Part shown: positions 35,189 through 45,014 of the stretch, in pieces
Layout of the letters: every line of letters starts with the position of its first letter
Position numbering within the stretch: position 1 is the first letter of the stretch
Source: a virus
Lineage: Duplodnaviria > Heunggongvirae > Uroviricota > Caudoviricetes
Reading direction: 5' to 3' (one strand)
DNA length: 64,000 bases
Virus record (IMG/VR): IMGVR_UViG_3300024268_000010
Made by a program: the position numbers and the translations under genes
The notes under the pieces: generated by a model
Database searches by the model: none
What the model was told of the DNA's origin: nothing
Seen by the model: the letters and a program-made list of their open reading frames with translations, nothing else

Positions 35189-37819
35189 TTATCTCCTTTT
35201 ATTAATTAAAATTTTTCTCATAATATCAATCGGGATTACGATGAACGACAATCCGATAACTACTGCCCACTGCATGGGGGTAAGGGCACAAACTTTCATA
35301 AAATCACCAGCAAGAGTACATACAAAGACTACGCCAAGCATGATACCAATTGCGATCTTGCTAAACAGTTTGTTTTTGCTAAGACCTGTAAACAGGTTAA
35401 TATGTTCGGTTCTAATATTAAAACCATTAAGCACTGCCATGAAACAGAGCAAAGCAAAGCGAGCGGTAAGTTTACTTGTTTCATCAGTAAACAATGTATT
35501 AGGAATTGCGAAAATTAAGATGGAGTATGCGATAAGAAAAGCAATGGCACTGCATGCAATTTTACATTTCGCACCACGGATGAAGAGTCCAGAACCTTTT
35601 TTGATAGGTTGTTCGTGCATATATTCTTCTTTGGGAGGCTCGCCACCAAATGACAGTGAGTTAAGAGAGTCCATAATAATGTTGACAAGAAGGATTTGTA
35701 CCGAAGCCAACACTGCCAAACCACCTGTCAGCATTGGGAAAATCATACTGAGTACAAGAAGAGAAATATTGATAGGCAACTGAAATTCAAGGAACATCAT
35801 GATATTGTGCATAAATGTTCTACCAAGCTCCACAGCTTTTACAACGGATGCGAAGTTATCATCGGTAAGAATGATATCGGATGCTTCTTTCGCAACATCA
35901 CTACCACTCTGCATACCAAATCCAACATCTGCTCTCTTCAAGGCGGGGGAGTCATTTACACCGTCACCAGTCATTGCGACCGACATACCAAGTTCTTGAG
36001 CCAAAGTAACCAATCTTAACTTTGTATTAGGGGAACATCTGGAAATTACTCTGAGACGAGGAATGATTTCTTTGACTTCGTCGTCTGACATTTTTTCAAA
36101 CTCATCGTTTGTCAATGCAACATCTCCATCTTTGTAAATTCCACATTCTTTTGCAACCGCAATTGCTGTTTCAATGCAGTCACCGGTGATTTCAATTACC
36201 TGAATACCCGCTTCGTGTGCAACACGAACTGCCTCAGGAACTTCTTTTCTTACAGGGTCAACCACACCAATGATACCCAAGAAAGTCATATCATTAGGAA
36301 GTTCATTTTCAACGAGCTTTCCGTTTGCAATACCAAGTGCAATGCATCTGATTGAGTTTGTCGTAAACTCTTTGATTTTTGCATTAAGTTCGTCTTTGTT
36401 TGCAAAACTTACAATGGAACCGTCACTTGTCATTGCAGAACTGCAAGCAGTGATAATCTTTTCTGGAGCACCTTTGTAATATGTAACTTCTTCCTCGTTG
36501 GTGCAAGCAGAATATTTGTTGACACTATTGAATACCTGTTTATCAAGTATGCCATATTCTGCAACAATATCATGTGCCTCTTTGGATGTTACCAATGATA
36601 GCACTGCTCTATCGATTGAGTTGCCACCAGTGATACAGTCATTTGAATCAAAGACGGCGCTATTGTTAAGAATAATATTGATTTTTAGAAAATCAAGCAA
36701 CATGGTGTTTTGTTCAATTTCGTTTCCGTTATAATCAACGATTGTTTTCGGAGACATAATACCAGTTGTCAGTGTGCCAGTTTTATCAGTGCAAATCAAA
36801 TTAACATATGCAAGTTCGGGAATTTTGCCGGGGTTTTTAGCAAGAATATTAAACTTTTCCATTGTTTTAACGTTCTGCTTTGTAACAAGCTTAACAATCA
36901 ACGGCAGTCCTTCTGGTACTGCGGCAACGACAATCGTAAGCGCGACAGAGAAATTTGAAGCGAACTTCTGAATAAGTTCCAGAACATTTCCTGTAAAATA
37001 CTGAGAAAATCCAACTTCCAAAATGCCCGTGATTGTCAATACAAAAAATGTAATGACTGCTGCAATTGTTCCCCATTTCGAAATGAATTCACTCAGCTTA
37101 TCGAGCGCAATGGTGAGTGCAGTCTTTGGAGCTTCCAATGTCTGCATTTTAACAAGTGTGTCACCGTTTACAGTATTAACGCCAACATCCGTGACTATCA
37201 TTTTACCTTCACCGGACATTACACTTGTTCCTGCAAACAAACAGTTCTGATTCGTGTATGCGTCAGTTGAAGTTGTTTTTGTGTGTATATAGTCTTTGAC
37301 AGGAGTTTTACGGCATTCTTTCGTTTCACCGTTAATGGCTGCGTTGTTTACACTAACCTTTCCTTCGACGATGTAACCATCTGCAAAAATTTCCTGACCC
37401 ATACCGATACAAACAACATCTCCAACTACAAGGTCGTCTTTGTTGATCGTTTGTACTTTTCCATCTCGAATAACATCACAATATCTTACCGATGTCTTGA
37501 GTCGCAATTCTGTGGCTGATTTTTGTACACCAAGACCTGTTCTGATTGCAATACCTGTGACAATTGCCAGAACCAGCATAATCATCAGAGGTTCAGAACA
37601 TTCCATTACACCGAGCGCCGCTAGTGCTAACTGCAGTACCGTGATTGCGATTAGAATTAGTGTAATCTTTTCGCTCAGTGCTTCTTTGGCAAAATCGTAC
37701 CACTTCTTTTGTTTTGGTTCAGGCAATTTGTTGCTACCATGCTTCCATCTGCTTTCAACTACCTGTTTTTGTGTCAATCCGTTCATCTTTTTTGTTTCTC
37801 CTTTTTTTGTTTCATTCAA
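35189..37819 (-). CDS. P-type cation-transporting ATPase (type II, Ca2+-ATPase-like)
   Basis: DKTGTLT phosphorylation site, TGDGVNDSPALKRADVGFGM hinge, about 10 TM segments, 876 aa. Confidence 0.85.
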   Translation of the reverse strand: MNETKKGETKKMNGLTQKQVVESRWKHGSNKLPEPKQKKWYDFAKEALSEKITLILIAITVLQLALAALGVMECSEPLMIMLVLAIVTGIAIRTGLGVQKSATELRLKTSVRYCDVIRDGKVQTINKDDLVVGDVVCIGMGQEIFADGYIVEGKVSVNNAAINGETKECRKTPVKDYIHTKTTSTDAYTNQNCLFAGTSVMSGEGKMIVTDVGVNTVNGDTLVKMQTLEAPKTALTIALDKLSEFISKWGTIAAVITFFVLTITGILEVGFSQYFTGNVLELIQKFASNFSVALTIVVAAVPEGLPLIVKLVTKQNVKTMEKFNILAKNPGKIPELAYVNLICTDKTGTLTTGIMSPKTIVDYNGNEIEQNTMLLDFLKINIILNNSAVFDSNDCITGGNSIDRAVLSLVTSKEAHDIVAEYGILDKQVFNSVNKYSACTNEEEVTYYKGAPEKIITACSSAMTSDGSIVSFANKDELNAKIKEFTTNSIRCIALGIANGKLVENELPNDMTFLGIIGVVDPVRKEVPEAVRVAHEAGIQVIEITGDCIETAIAVAKECGIYKDGDVALTNDEFEKMSDDEVKEIIPRLRVISRCSPNTKLRLVTLAQELGMSVAMTGDGVNDSPALKRADVGFGMQSGSDVAKEASDIILTDDNFASVVKAVELGRTFMHNIMMFLEFQLPINISLLVLSMIFPMLTGGLAVLASVQILLVNIIMDSLNSLSFGGEPPKEEYMHEQPIKKGSGLFIRGAKCKIACSAIAFLIAYSILIFAIPNTLFTDETSKLTARFALLCFMAVLNGFNIRTEHINLFTGLSKNKLFSKIAIGIMLGVVFVCTLAGDFMKVCALTPMQWAVVIGLSFIVIPIDIMRKILINKRR

Positions 37820-37839
37820 TCATTTTGGATTGTAATTCT

Positions 37840-37867
37840 ATTATACTGATATTTTCAAATTTGTCAA
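37840..37867 (-). promoter_or_regulatory. canonical TTGACA-16-TATAAT promoter followed by the TACAATCCAAAATGATTGA leader
   Basis: On the - strand: TTGACAaatttgaaaatatcagTATAATagaatTACAATCCAAAATGATTGAATG; an AATTGTAAAT box lies about 20 nt upstream of the -35. Confidence 0.55.
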
Positions 37868-37901
37868 TATATTACTGAAGTTATTTACAATTTGTTAATA
37901 A

Positions 37902-38930
37902 TTATATCTCACCTTTAACAATTCTCTCATTAACAGACGCCACGAACTCGTTAATTTTGTTGTAATCCGGGTTATCTGGTAACTCTGTTGTCTGCTTTGC
38001 CTTGTCGAGTCTTGCTTCTAGCTCATCTACAATCTCAAAAAATTCTGGGATTGGTTGTCTATTTTCGTCAAGATATTTACCATTACGAATATCCATAAGG
38101 AAATCATGATCTTTTTCTCTGTATGTAATAATTTCTCCATTGTTAAGAATATCAAGGCACATCAGATAAAGACGAACCAAATGCATCATGTGCTTCGACA
38201 GCTTGCCGTGTTCGATGGCATTCTGATTGCGTTTACCAATCTTGCCGTATTCTTTGACAATATTGTTCATTACAGACCACATACACTTATAATCTCTAAG
38301 AGGATAATGCTTGAGATTGACATCCATAAAGATTTCACTCTCGTACTCTTCCGACTCAGACTTGTCGATATAGAGTTTAATTGCGTCGTCATCGTATGTG
38401 AAGTATCTGGTCTTGAAATCATAGGATGCGTTTTCAATGCTATTCAGAATATGACGTTCCTGCTCCGTTTGAGATACCAATCTTGCAGCCTTATTGTCGA
38501 GACGACGTAATTGAGCATTAGCATAACCTCCAAATGAATGAACACAACGCTTTGAAAGGAATAAATGACGATGATCAAGTAATTCCTTACCTATCGGAGA
38601 GAGGTAGATATAATGTTCTGGCTTGCAACCTAATAGTTCAATTGTATTTGGATTCACATTTGTCAGAAGGGAAATCAATTTATTAAAACTATAAATTGTA
38701 GTATCAGTATCCTCGTTGACGAACTGCTCAAAATTCTTATTTGTTAAGATTTCATCTTTTGCATTTAATGCACAGCCACGGATATCAACATCAGACCCTT
38801 CCACATTAGTTCCATATGCATGACTTCCACCAAGAGTAAGAAGAATGATATTGGGACCGAGATGCTCGTTGGTTCTAAGGAAATTATATTCCGGCGTTTG
38901 TATTAGAGTTTTAATTTCATTAATTGTCAT
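37902..38930 (-). CDS. Pol-beta-superfamily nucleotidyltransferase (paralogue A)
   Basis: GGSHAYGTNVEGSDVDIRG, a GS...DxD nucleotidyltransferase motif. Confidence 0.5.
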   Translation of the reverse strand: MTINEIKTLIQTPEYNFLRTNEHLGPNIILLTLGGSHAYGTNVEGSDVDIRGCALNAKDEILTNKNFEQFVNEDTDTTIYSFNKLISLLTNVNPNTIELLGCKPEHYIYLSPIGKELLDHRHLFLSKRCVHSFGGYANAQLRRLDNKAARLVSQTEQERHILNSIENASYDFKTRYFTYDDDAIKLYIDKSESEEYESEIFMDVNLKHYPLRDYKCMWSVMNNIVKEYGKIGKRNQNAIEHGKLSKHMMHLVRLYLMCLDILNNGEIITYREKDHDFLMDIRNGKYLDENRQPIPEFFEIVDELEARLDKAKQTTELPDNPDYNKINEFVASVNERIVKGEI

Positions 38931-38957
38931 TTTATCACCTCAATCATTTTGTATGGT

Positions 38958-39836
38958 TTAATGAGCGTTTAAATCTGCTTCGTGAAGCAAATCTATCTGT
39001 TTCTTCAAGCACGGAGGTAGATTGTTGTAATACTTGGTGTTCATAAAAGGATCCATATGTGTGCTAATAAGCCAAGCAATATACGGAGTAACATATTGCA
39101 TACCATACGACACCCATGCTCCTACACATTGATGCTGATAATAATGTGCAGTTTCACAAGGATTGCCTTTATTATCTACGAATGCCTTGACATATGGTTT
39201 ACCAACATCATGATAGAATGCCGCAAACCCAATATCACTAGAATACACACCAATCTTATTAACAATATATTTGTTTGCCTCCAAACAATGGTCAAATACA
39301 TTTAATGTATGGTGAGGATTATCATGGGAAATCTGCATACTCGAACAAGTGGAATTTGCATAGTCATATGCATTAAAATCTTTTGGTTTAACAATCTGAA
39401 TTTCGTCAATACCTTCATCATAATAAGGGGCATGGAATCGTTTAAGCATTCGGTCAATAACTTCCTTGCCAACAGTACGTTCTCTCTCAGAGTCCCTTTC
39501 AATACAAACCTCAATAGGTGCCCAAGCAATATGACACTCAATCTTAGCAAACTTTGGACACGCTCCAATAATACCCATTCTATCCTTTCGGGTGACATTG
39601 GTTGCGTCATACAACACATCATGACCGTCATTAAGCGCCACGATAGCTCTATTTTGCATCAAAGAGAACACATCAACTGGATTTCCCTGTACGCTTTCAT
39701 CACCGTAAAGTTCTTTACGAATTTCGTCCGAACTTAAATGGACAGCATTTGAATTGTGTTGAATGTAATTTTTTGCATATGTGGTCTTTCCAGAACCCGG
39801 AATTCCACACAAAATTATCAGTTTTGGTCTATTCAT
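38958..39836 (-). CDS. P-loop polynucleotide-kinase-like domain fused to an HD phosphohydrolase domain
   Basis: Walker A (ILCGIPGSGKTTYAKNY) at the N-terminus; HD motifs at the C-terminus (HDNPHHTLNVFDH, FYHDVGKPY). Confidence 0.55.
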   Translation of the reverse strand: MNRPKLIILCGIPGSGKTTYAKNYIQHNSNAVHLSSDEIRKELYGDESVQGNPVDVFSLMQNRAIVALNDGHDVLYDATNVTRKDRMGIIGACPKFAKIECHIAWAPIEVCIERDSERERTVGKEVIDRMLKRFHAPYYDEGIDEIQIVKPKDFNAYDYANSTCSSMQISHDNPHHTLNVFDHCLEANKYIVNKIGVYSSDIGFAAFYHDVGKPYVKAFVDNKGNPCETAHYYQHQCVGAWVSYGMQYVTPYIAWLISTHMDPFMNTKYYNNLPPCLKKQIDLLHEADLNAH

Positions 39837-40672
39837 TTGTTAATCTCCAATTCTTTTGTAATTCCTATTTTGATAATGTTATATGCCACTTCTTCAAAAA
39901 GTGCATATACGGTTTCGTCAACAGTGTTGTTGCAGGTTTTAAGATAGTCATTGTACATTTTTTGAATATTGTCCATAGTTTCCTTACCCAGGCATCTTGC
40001 GTCATCAAGATTATATTTGCCCTTCTTAACATCGATAAGCCAGTCTGGTTCAGCAGAAATTAGGCAATCGCCAAAAGAACAACCATTTACCCATCTATGC
40101 ATAAATTCTTTAATTCTAAACAGATGGTGCAATTGTTTTACGTCATAGCCCCATTTGTCAATTACATGCATTCTCGAAGGGTACTTATGCTCCATCGCGT
40201 GATACTTTTCACCCGCAATACCCTTCATTGATTTAATCAAAGACGGCAAATTCATCGAAACAATGGAATCCCTTGCCTCAACAAGTTTATTCCATTCCTC
40301 TTCATAGATGGGATTGATAATATAATATTTTGTATATAGGATTTCAAGAAAATTAAGATTTGACTTCTTGAATGTTTCAAGTAAAATTCTAATATCCTTA
40401 AAGTCGATATGTTCATCATTCTCTCTGACGTATGTGGTACTAGTCATCTTGCTTTCTGCAAGTTCTTTAAGAGATGGTGCTAATACGCACTTTGTATCGA
40501 CGTCTGACTCATTATAATCGAGGCCATAGTTGCCTGCCCCTTGGCAGTACACGCCGACAATTCTCTCTTTGGGATATTGTGTGATAGCGTCATTGTAATG
40601 ATCCCACATTCGCTTCATTATCCAGTCATAACTATGAAAATTCATGTTAATCTCCTTAATTTCCAATTTCAA
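39833..40672 (-). CDS. Pol-beta-superfamily nucleotidyltransferase (paralogue B)
   Basis: GAGNYGLDYNESDVDTK motif, paralogous to 37902-38930. Confidence 0.5.
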   Translation of the reverse strand: MKLEIKEINMNFHSYDWIMKRMWDHYNDAITQYPKERIVGVYCQGAGNYGLDYNESDVDTKCVLAPSLKELAESKMTSTTYVRENDEHIDFKDIRILLETFKKSNLNFLEILYTKYYIINPIYEEEWNKLVEARDSIVSMNLPSLIKSMKGIAGEKYHAMEHKYPSRMHVIDKWGYDVKQLHHLFRIKEFMHRWVNGCSFGDCLISAEPDWLIDVKKGKYNLDDARCLGKETMDNIQKMYNDYLKTCNNTVDETVYALFEEVAYNIIKIGITKELEINK

Positions 40673-41873
40673 TCAGATACTTAATAGTCATTTGGTCATT
40701 TCTATAAAATACAATCTCGTCATTTCTCAACATACCCTTGTCTGCTTTTGCATGCAAACAATTACATTTGGGTGTTTTCTTCTGAAGCACATCATAATTC
40801 AAGTGATAACAACTACTGTCGTGCTGATAAATAACATAAGGTGTTCCATATGCAACTTCAAACAACGCCATGTAGGCCGTGTTATTACCACCATGTGTCC
40901 AATACGCTCCTGACAAAGATGTATATCCAATGGATTTTTGACACTTAGGGGCGAAATAGATGCCATCGCTAAACATCGATCCTGTGTATACGGCATTACT
41001 AGGACGAATCATAAGCCCGGTTTTGATAATTGAAAACCAGTTCTCGCTACGGCTACCGTGGAATAACAGTCTAGTGTCCTTGATATCGTTTTCATTAACA
41101 AACTTATCAAAGCGCTCTTGGGTCTTGAGGTTAGTAACTCTCCAAGCCTTTCTAAACTTATCAACAGACTCGTTCATTAGTGTCTTAATCAGAGCTACAT
41201 CATCTTTCGTCGCCTCTTCCATCACAAGGCTAAGTTCCTCCAAGATAGTCTGTTGTTTCTTTTCATTCGTTTCAACAGGTTCAATATCCGGCTTGACATA
41301 AATCTGTCCACGCATTACATCGAGCAGATCCTGCTCCTTAGTAATAATCTTCGAAAAGTCATCCGTATTACTAGCCAAATAACACCGTACATCACCCATT
41401 CTACGAGGAATAACTGTAAACAACTTAAGTAGATTGGCATTAAACTCTTCCACAGTCGCACTATTATTAGCAAGTTCGTCGATAATTTTCTGTGCGGCGT
41501 CAACCATATCCTTGGTTACAGCAGACGCCTTAACAGTATAGTTCTTGCGAACCGTCTCACGAGCAAGACTTTGCAACTTTTCAACGATTAGTCTTACGGC
41601 TTCGTTTTCAATTTCTCTATAAGGACTTTCGGGATTGGTAGAAGAAATTTCCTCTACCAAGTCTTTCCGAAGATCTGTTACATCCACGTATCCTTTTTTT
41701 AACTTTGCTTTGATTTGTGATTCGAATTTAGAGATTGGATAGTATACCGTTGTTTTAGTTGCGTCAATGCGTCCATACTCCACTCTACATCTATCGCCTT
41801 CCGGAAAAATGTTGTAATATTTATTGTTATTTTGTGCCGTTGTCATAACGAGATAAGTGGGCCGTACTTCCAT
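40656..41873 (-). CDS. WGR-domain poly/mono-ADP-ribose polymerase (PARP catalytic domain)
   Basis: N-terminal WGR (RVEYGRIDA); C-terminal PARP core LLFHGSRSENWFSIIKTGLMIRP...YTGSMFSDGIYFAP, matching the human PARP1 block LWHGSRTTNFAGILSQGL...GYMFGKGIYFA. Confidence 0.75.
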   Translation of the reverse strand: MEVRPTYLVMTTAQNNNKYYNIFPEGDRCRVEYGRIDATKTTVYYPISKFESQIKAKLKKGYVDVTDLRKDLVEEISSTNPESPYREIENEAVRLIVEKLQSLARETVRKNYTVKASAVTKDMVDAAQKIIDELANNSATVEEFNANLLKLFTVIPRRMGDVRCYLASNTDDFSKIITKEQDLLDVMRGQIYVKPDIEPVETNEKKQQTILEELSLVMEEATKDDVALIKTLMNESVDKFRKAWRVTNLKTQERFDKFVNENDIKDTRLLFHGSRSENWFSIIKTGLMIRPSNAVYTGSMFSDGIYFAPKCQKSIGYTSLSGAYWTHGGNNTAYMALFEVAYGTPYVIYQHDSSCYHLNYDVLQKKTPKCNCLHAKADKGMLRNDEIVFYRNDQMTIKYLIEIGN

Positions 41874-41885
41874 GATGTCCTCCTA

Positions 41886-42311
41886 TTAAAGTTCACAAAT
41901 CAAAATCTCAACGTCTGTATCTTCGAACACTTCACAAATAATATCGTAAACATCGTCCCACTGAAGGCGATCAAGACCACAACCGATTTTCGGCATTGCC
42001 AACTTAGTTGCGTCAAGGTTTACCATAATTTCTTTCATCACTTCAAGTGCTTCTCTTACGGCTTCATATCTAGGTTTATGATAACACTTCGGCTTCGTGA
42101 CAAGATTGAACACATTATCAATCGGAAGTGCGTCTCCACCCTCGTATGCATAATTATCATAGTTCTTAAAGAGCTTAAATCTCATGTTGTAAACTTCATC
42201 AAACTTCTTCGCAATACCGGCACCGAGAGCAAAGTCGGCACTAATGCAGTGTGCCAGATAATAGCCCTGAGGCACCGTAAACAAGTCTCTTTTTTCAATT
42301 GTAATATTCAT
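41886..42311 (-). CDS. macro-domain protein (ADP-ribose binding/hydrolase)
   Basis: 141 aa; ALGAGIAKKF glycine-rich macro motif, IGCGLDRL. Confidence 0.7.
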   Translation of the reverse strand: MNITIEKRDLFTVPQGYYLAHCISADFALGAGIAKKFDEVYNMRFKLFKNYDNYAYEGGDALPIDNVFNLVTKPKCYHKPRYEAVREALEVMKEIMVNLDATKLAMPKIGCGLDRLQWDDVYDIICEVFEDTDVEILICEL

Positions 42312-42326
42312 AATTCTGTTCTCCTA

Positions 42327-43499
42327 TTATTTAAAAATTGTTACTGACTCTCTGTCTCGTCTATCAGACAAATAAATATTGTTTATAAAACCTCTTTGCA
42401 ATACCGAATAATCAAACTGCTTTTCGTTTGTGTGAGTAATTGCAATAGATGTAATGGCATTAAATTTTTTCAAATCACTCTTATTGATATCATTGTGTAC
42501 ACGATTCAGCAATTGTTCTGGAATGAGCTCACCATAACGCAAGTTGCCTTGAAACTCATTAGTAGGGTTGCTTTCATCAATCATCATTGAATTAATGCAG
42601 TCCTTGCCACATTCTGTTTCAAATCTGCCGGCACCATGCCTTGTCATATAAGTTCGACTTACATAACACACCTCAAGATTCGCCTTATCAAATACACCAT
42701 TAATCACCTTAAGAGGATTTGTAATGCCCGTGTTGCTTGGAGTGGTATTATCTCCATAGAACGTCATATTTTGGTCGAGAAGAAGTCCTTGACCATTTTC
42801 GAACACAACATTGTTAAATTTCTTTAAGAACGCATATGGAGCAGTCGCCGTATGCAAACACATATATTTAACATCTGCAATAAAATTATCGATCAGAACT
42901 TTAGAGTATACAATTTCCTTCCATTCACACGGAATGCTTGTAATCCCGTGTTCTTTAAGTCTGTCCATCATATAAGAATCCCTAAGGCTTTTCAAATACG
43001 ATACTTGTGTATCGTAAGATAGGTTTGCAAACTCATTCAATGTGAATACGCACGGTTTTTGCGCATATCTATATACAGTCTCCCATATACCCATTCCACA
43101 ACTGCCATGCTTTTTATTGTCTCGAACTTCTTCTCCAATCTGATTAATAAACATGTCATAAGGAGTAGTCCATCTGCAATTTGGATGAATATACATAAAT
43201 GGCTTGTAACCAATGCTCCACAATTCGTTGTACTCTTTGACAAAACTCATAGGGTTAAGTATATAATCTTCCATGCAGTATGTGCTTGCTCCGGCTAATG
43301 TTCCAGAACTAAAATGCTTAAATATAAATTTTTCACCGTTTGGTGTTGTAACAGTATGGCCTCTTTGTGCTCCACCATTACTCATAACAACTATACAATT
43401 TTTCCCTTGTGAAGTTGATTGATGACAGAAATAATCCGTCATCAATCCCTTACCTTCATCGCCAAAATTAGCACCGATTACAACCTTTATGTTTGTCAT
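42327..43499 (-). CDS. adenylosuccinate-synthetase (PurA) family enzyme, divergent (PurZ-like candidate)
   Basis: P-loop GDEGKG, GHTV, VFENGQGLLLD, TRHGAG and TTPSNTG blocks match the PurA family, but overall identity is low. Confidence 0.7.
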   Translation of the reverse strand: MTNIKVVIGANFGDEGKGLMTDYFCHQSTSQGKNCIVVMSNGGAQRGHTVTTPNGEKFIFKHFSSGTLAGASTYCMEDYILNPMSFVKEYNELWSIGYKPFMYIHPNCRWTTPYDMFINQIGEEVRDNKKHGSCGMGIWETVYRYAQKPCVFTLNEFANLSYDTQVSYLKSLRDSYMMDRLKEHGITSIPCEWKEIVYSKVLIDNFIADVKYMCLHTATAPYAFLKKFNNVVFENGQGLLLDQNMTFYGDNTTPSNTGITNPLKVINGVFDKANLEVCYVSRTYMTRHGAGRFETECGKDCINSMMIDESNPTNEFQGNLRYGELIPEQLLNRVHNDINKSDLKKFNAITSIAITHTNEKQFDYSVLQRGFINNIYLSDRRDRESVTIFK

Positions 43500-43500
43500 A

Positions 43501-44373
43501 TTACCAGCAAATTTCTCCGTTATTATTTATTGACACAACGACATCACTCATAGATTCAGACGCCTTTACAATGATATCTACAATCGTGTCTGCAATAGTT
43601 TCAAGCGTTACCTTTTTGTAATGTTCCGTATCCAAAATAGACTGCCAAGAAGCGTCAATTCCAGAATCCCATCTATAACCATGGTCAACATCCAAGTGAT
43701 AAATATCGTACTTCTCACTTACTTCATCAAACAGAGATTTCGAATCGATATCTGCTTGTATTCTATCTCCAGTTACAGAATTGAGCCGTTCGTGGGGCAG
43801 ATAGGGGTTAATGCGTTCGTCACCCATTGTGATGATAATGCCCTTCTTGCCTCTATTCCAACAATCCAATTTAGTATGTCTTGCCCCCATATACCATGCC
43901 GCTGTATATGATTCATATGCGTTGCCGCCGCCACCGTATTCAAAATATACTTTGTCCATCTGCTCAGCAATGCGAATATCAGATTCAAACTGTGAAATTT
44001 GAACCGGACATCTATCACAAGCTAAATCACCAATGCCCATAATCAAAAACTCAACATCAGTAACCTTGTCATACAAGTTCGTCATCACCACATTGAGCTT
44101 TTTAGCCACTTCAACCGCTGCTTTGCCCATACTACCAGTAACATCAAGCGCAAGAATTACAGGAATTGTATTAGGGTGCTCTTCCGTATCAATACATTCT
44201 CTCATGATATTATACGGGTTCAGAGCGTTATCAATGGTTTTTGCTTTGAACATTTCCTGCGAAGACATTGTTGCCGTAATGCTTCCATCAAGGGAAATGG
44301 CACTTTTATCAATACCTCTTGTTGTTGTGCAATAACTTGTAAAACTTGACGTTGTCCAACTTCCGCCACCCAT
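43501..44373 (-). CDS. von Willebrand factor A (vWA) domain protein
   Basis: MIDAS DVTGSMG with downstream T and D residues; 290 aa. Confidence 0.55.
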   Translation of the reverse strand: MGGGSWTTSSFTSYCTTTRGIDKSAISLDGSITATMSSQEMFKAKTIDNALNPYNIMRECIDTEEHPNTIPVILALDVTGSMGKAAVEVAKKLNVVMTNLYDKVTDVEFLIMGIGDLACDRCPVQISQFESDIRIAEQMDKVYFEYGGGGNAYESYTAAWYMGARHTKLDCWNRGKKGIIITMGDERINPYLPHERLNSVTGDRIQADIDSKSLFDEVSEKYDIYHLDVDHGYRWDSGIDASWQSILDTEHYKKVTLETIADTIVDIIVKASESMSDVVVSINNNGEICW

Positions 44374-44981
44374 TACTCATCATCCTCCGTTTCATCAATG
44401 TCTTCAACAACTACTTCAGCAGAATCTTCATCGTCATCAAAGTTGAAAAGACCACCGAACATATCACTTGTTCCACCATTCATCATCATAAGAGGAAGCA
44501 TAGCTCCGAATCCACCACTGTGAGCACCATTACTACCTTTCATCATTTCATACATCATCATATACTTCATAATTTTGTTCATGCCTTTTTTGCCATTAAA
44601 GATATCCTGACCAAACATAGATACGATTTTGCCATAGAAATAGGTATTGCCCATAAAGACGTGTCTTTCAGGGAGAATAGTGTCTACCGTAGAGTCTTCA
44701 TAGTTAATTACGGTAATCTTGTTCTTGCCAGTCTCAATGACGCACTTAGGTTTTCCACCTACGAGAATAATGTCACCAATTTCGACCTTGTTAGTGGGAA
44801 TGACAAAGAAGAAATCCTCGCCAATGTCGAATACGAAATTTGAGCAGTTAGTAAGTCTGCCCGTTTTTACATTGTAAGACTTGTAGCCTCCAGAGGTCTT
44901 TACTGCGATACCCCCGTTCATTGAGAGTCTGCACATGCCGGGTGCGACTTTACCAAACATTCCATTCAAGTTGTTAATCAT
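44373..44981 (-). CDS. hypothetical Gly/Met-rich protein with an acidic tail
   Basis: 202 aa; ATGA overlap with the vWA gene. Confidence 0.45.
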   Translation of the reverse strand: MINNLNGMFGKVAPGMCRLSMNGGIAVKTSGGYKSYNVKTGRLTNCSNFVFDIGEDFFFVIPTNKVEIGDIILVGGKPKCVIETGKNKITVINYEDSTVDTILPERHVFMGNTYFYGKIVSMFGQDIFNGKKGMNKIMKYMMMYEMMKGSNGAHSGGFGAMLPLMMMNGGTSDMFGGLFNFDDDEDSAEVVVEDIDETEDDE

Positions 44982-45014
44982 TTGTTTTTTCTCCTTTTAT
45001 ATATATAAATTTTA

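Noticed and set aside
42327-43499. Firm PurZ (Z-genome) assignment
   Set aside because: No DpoZ-type polymerase, DatZ or MazZ is recognisable in the window, and the replicase is DnaE-type; kept only as a hypothesis.
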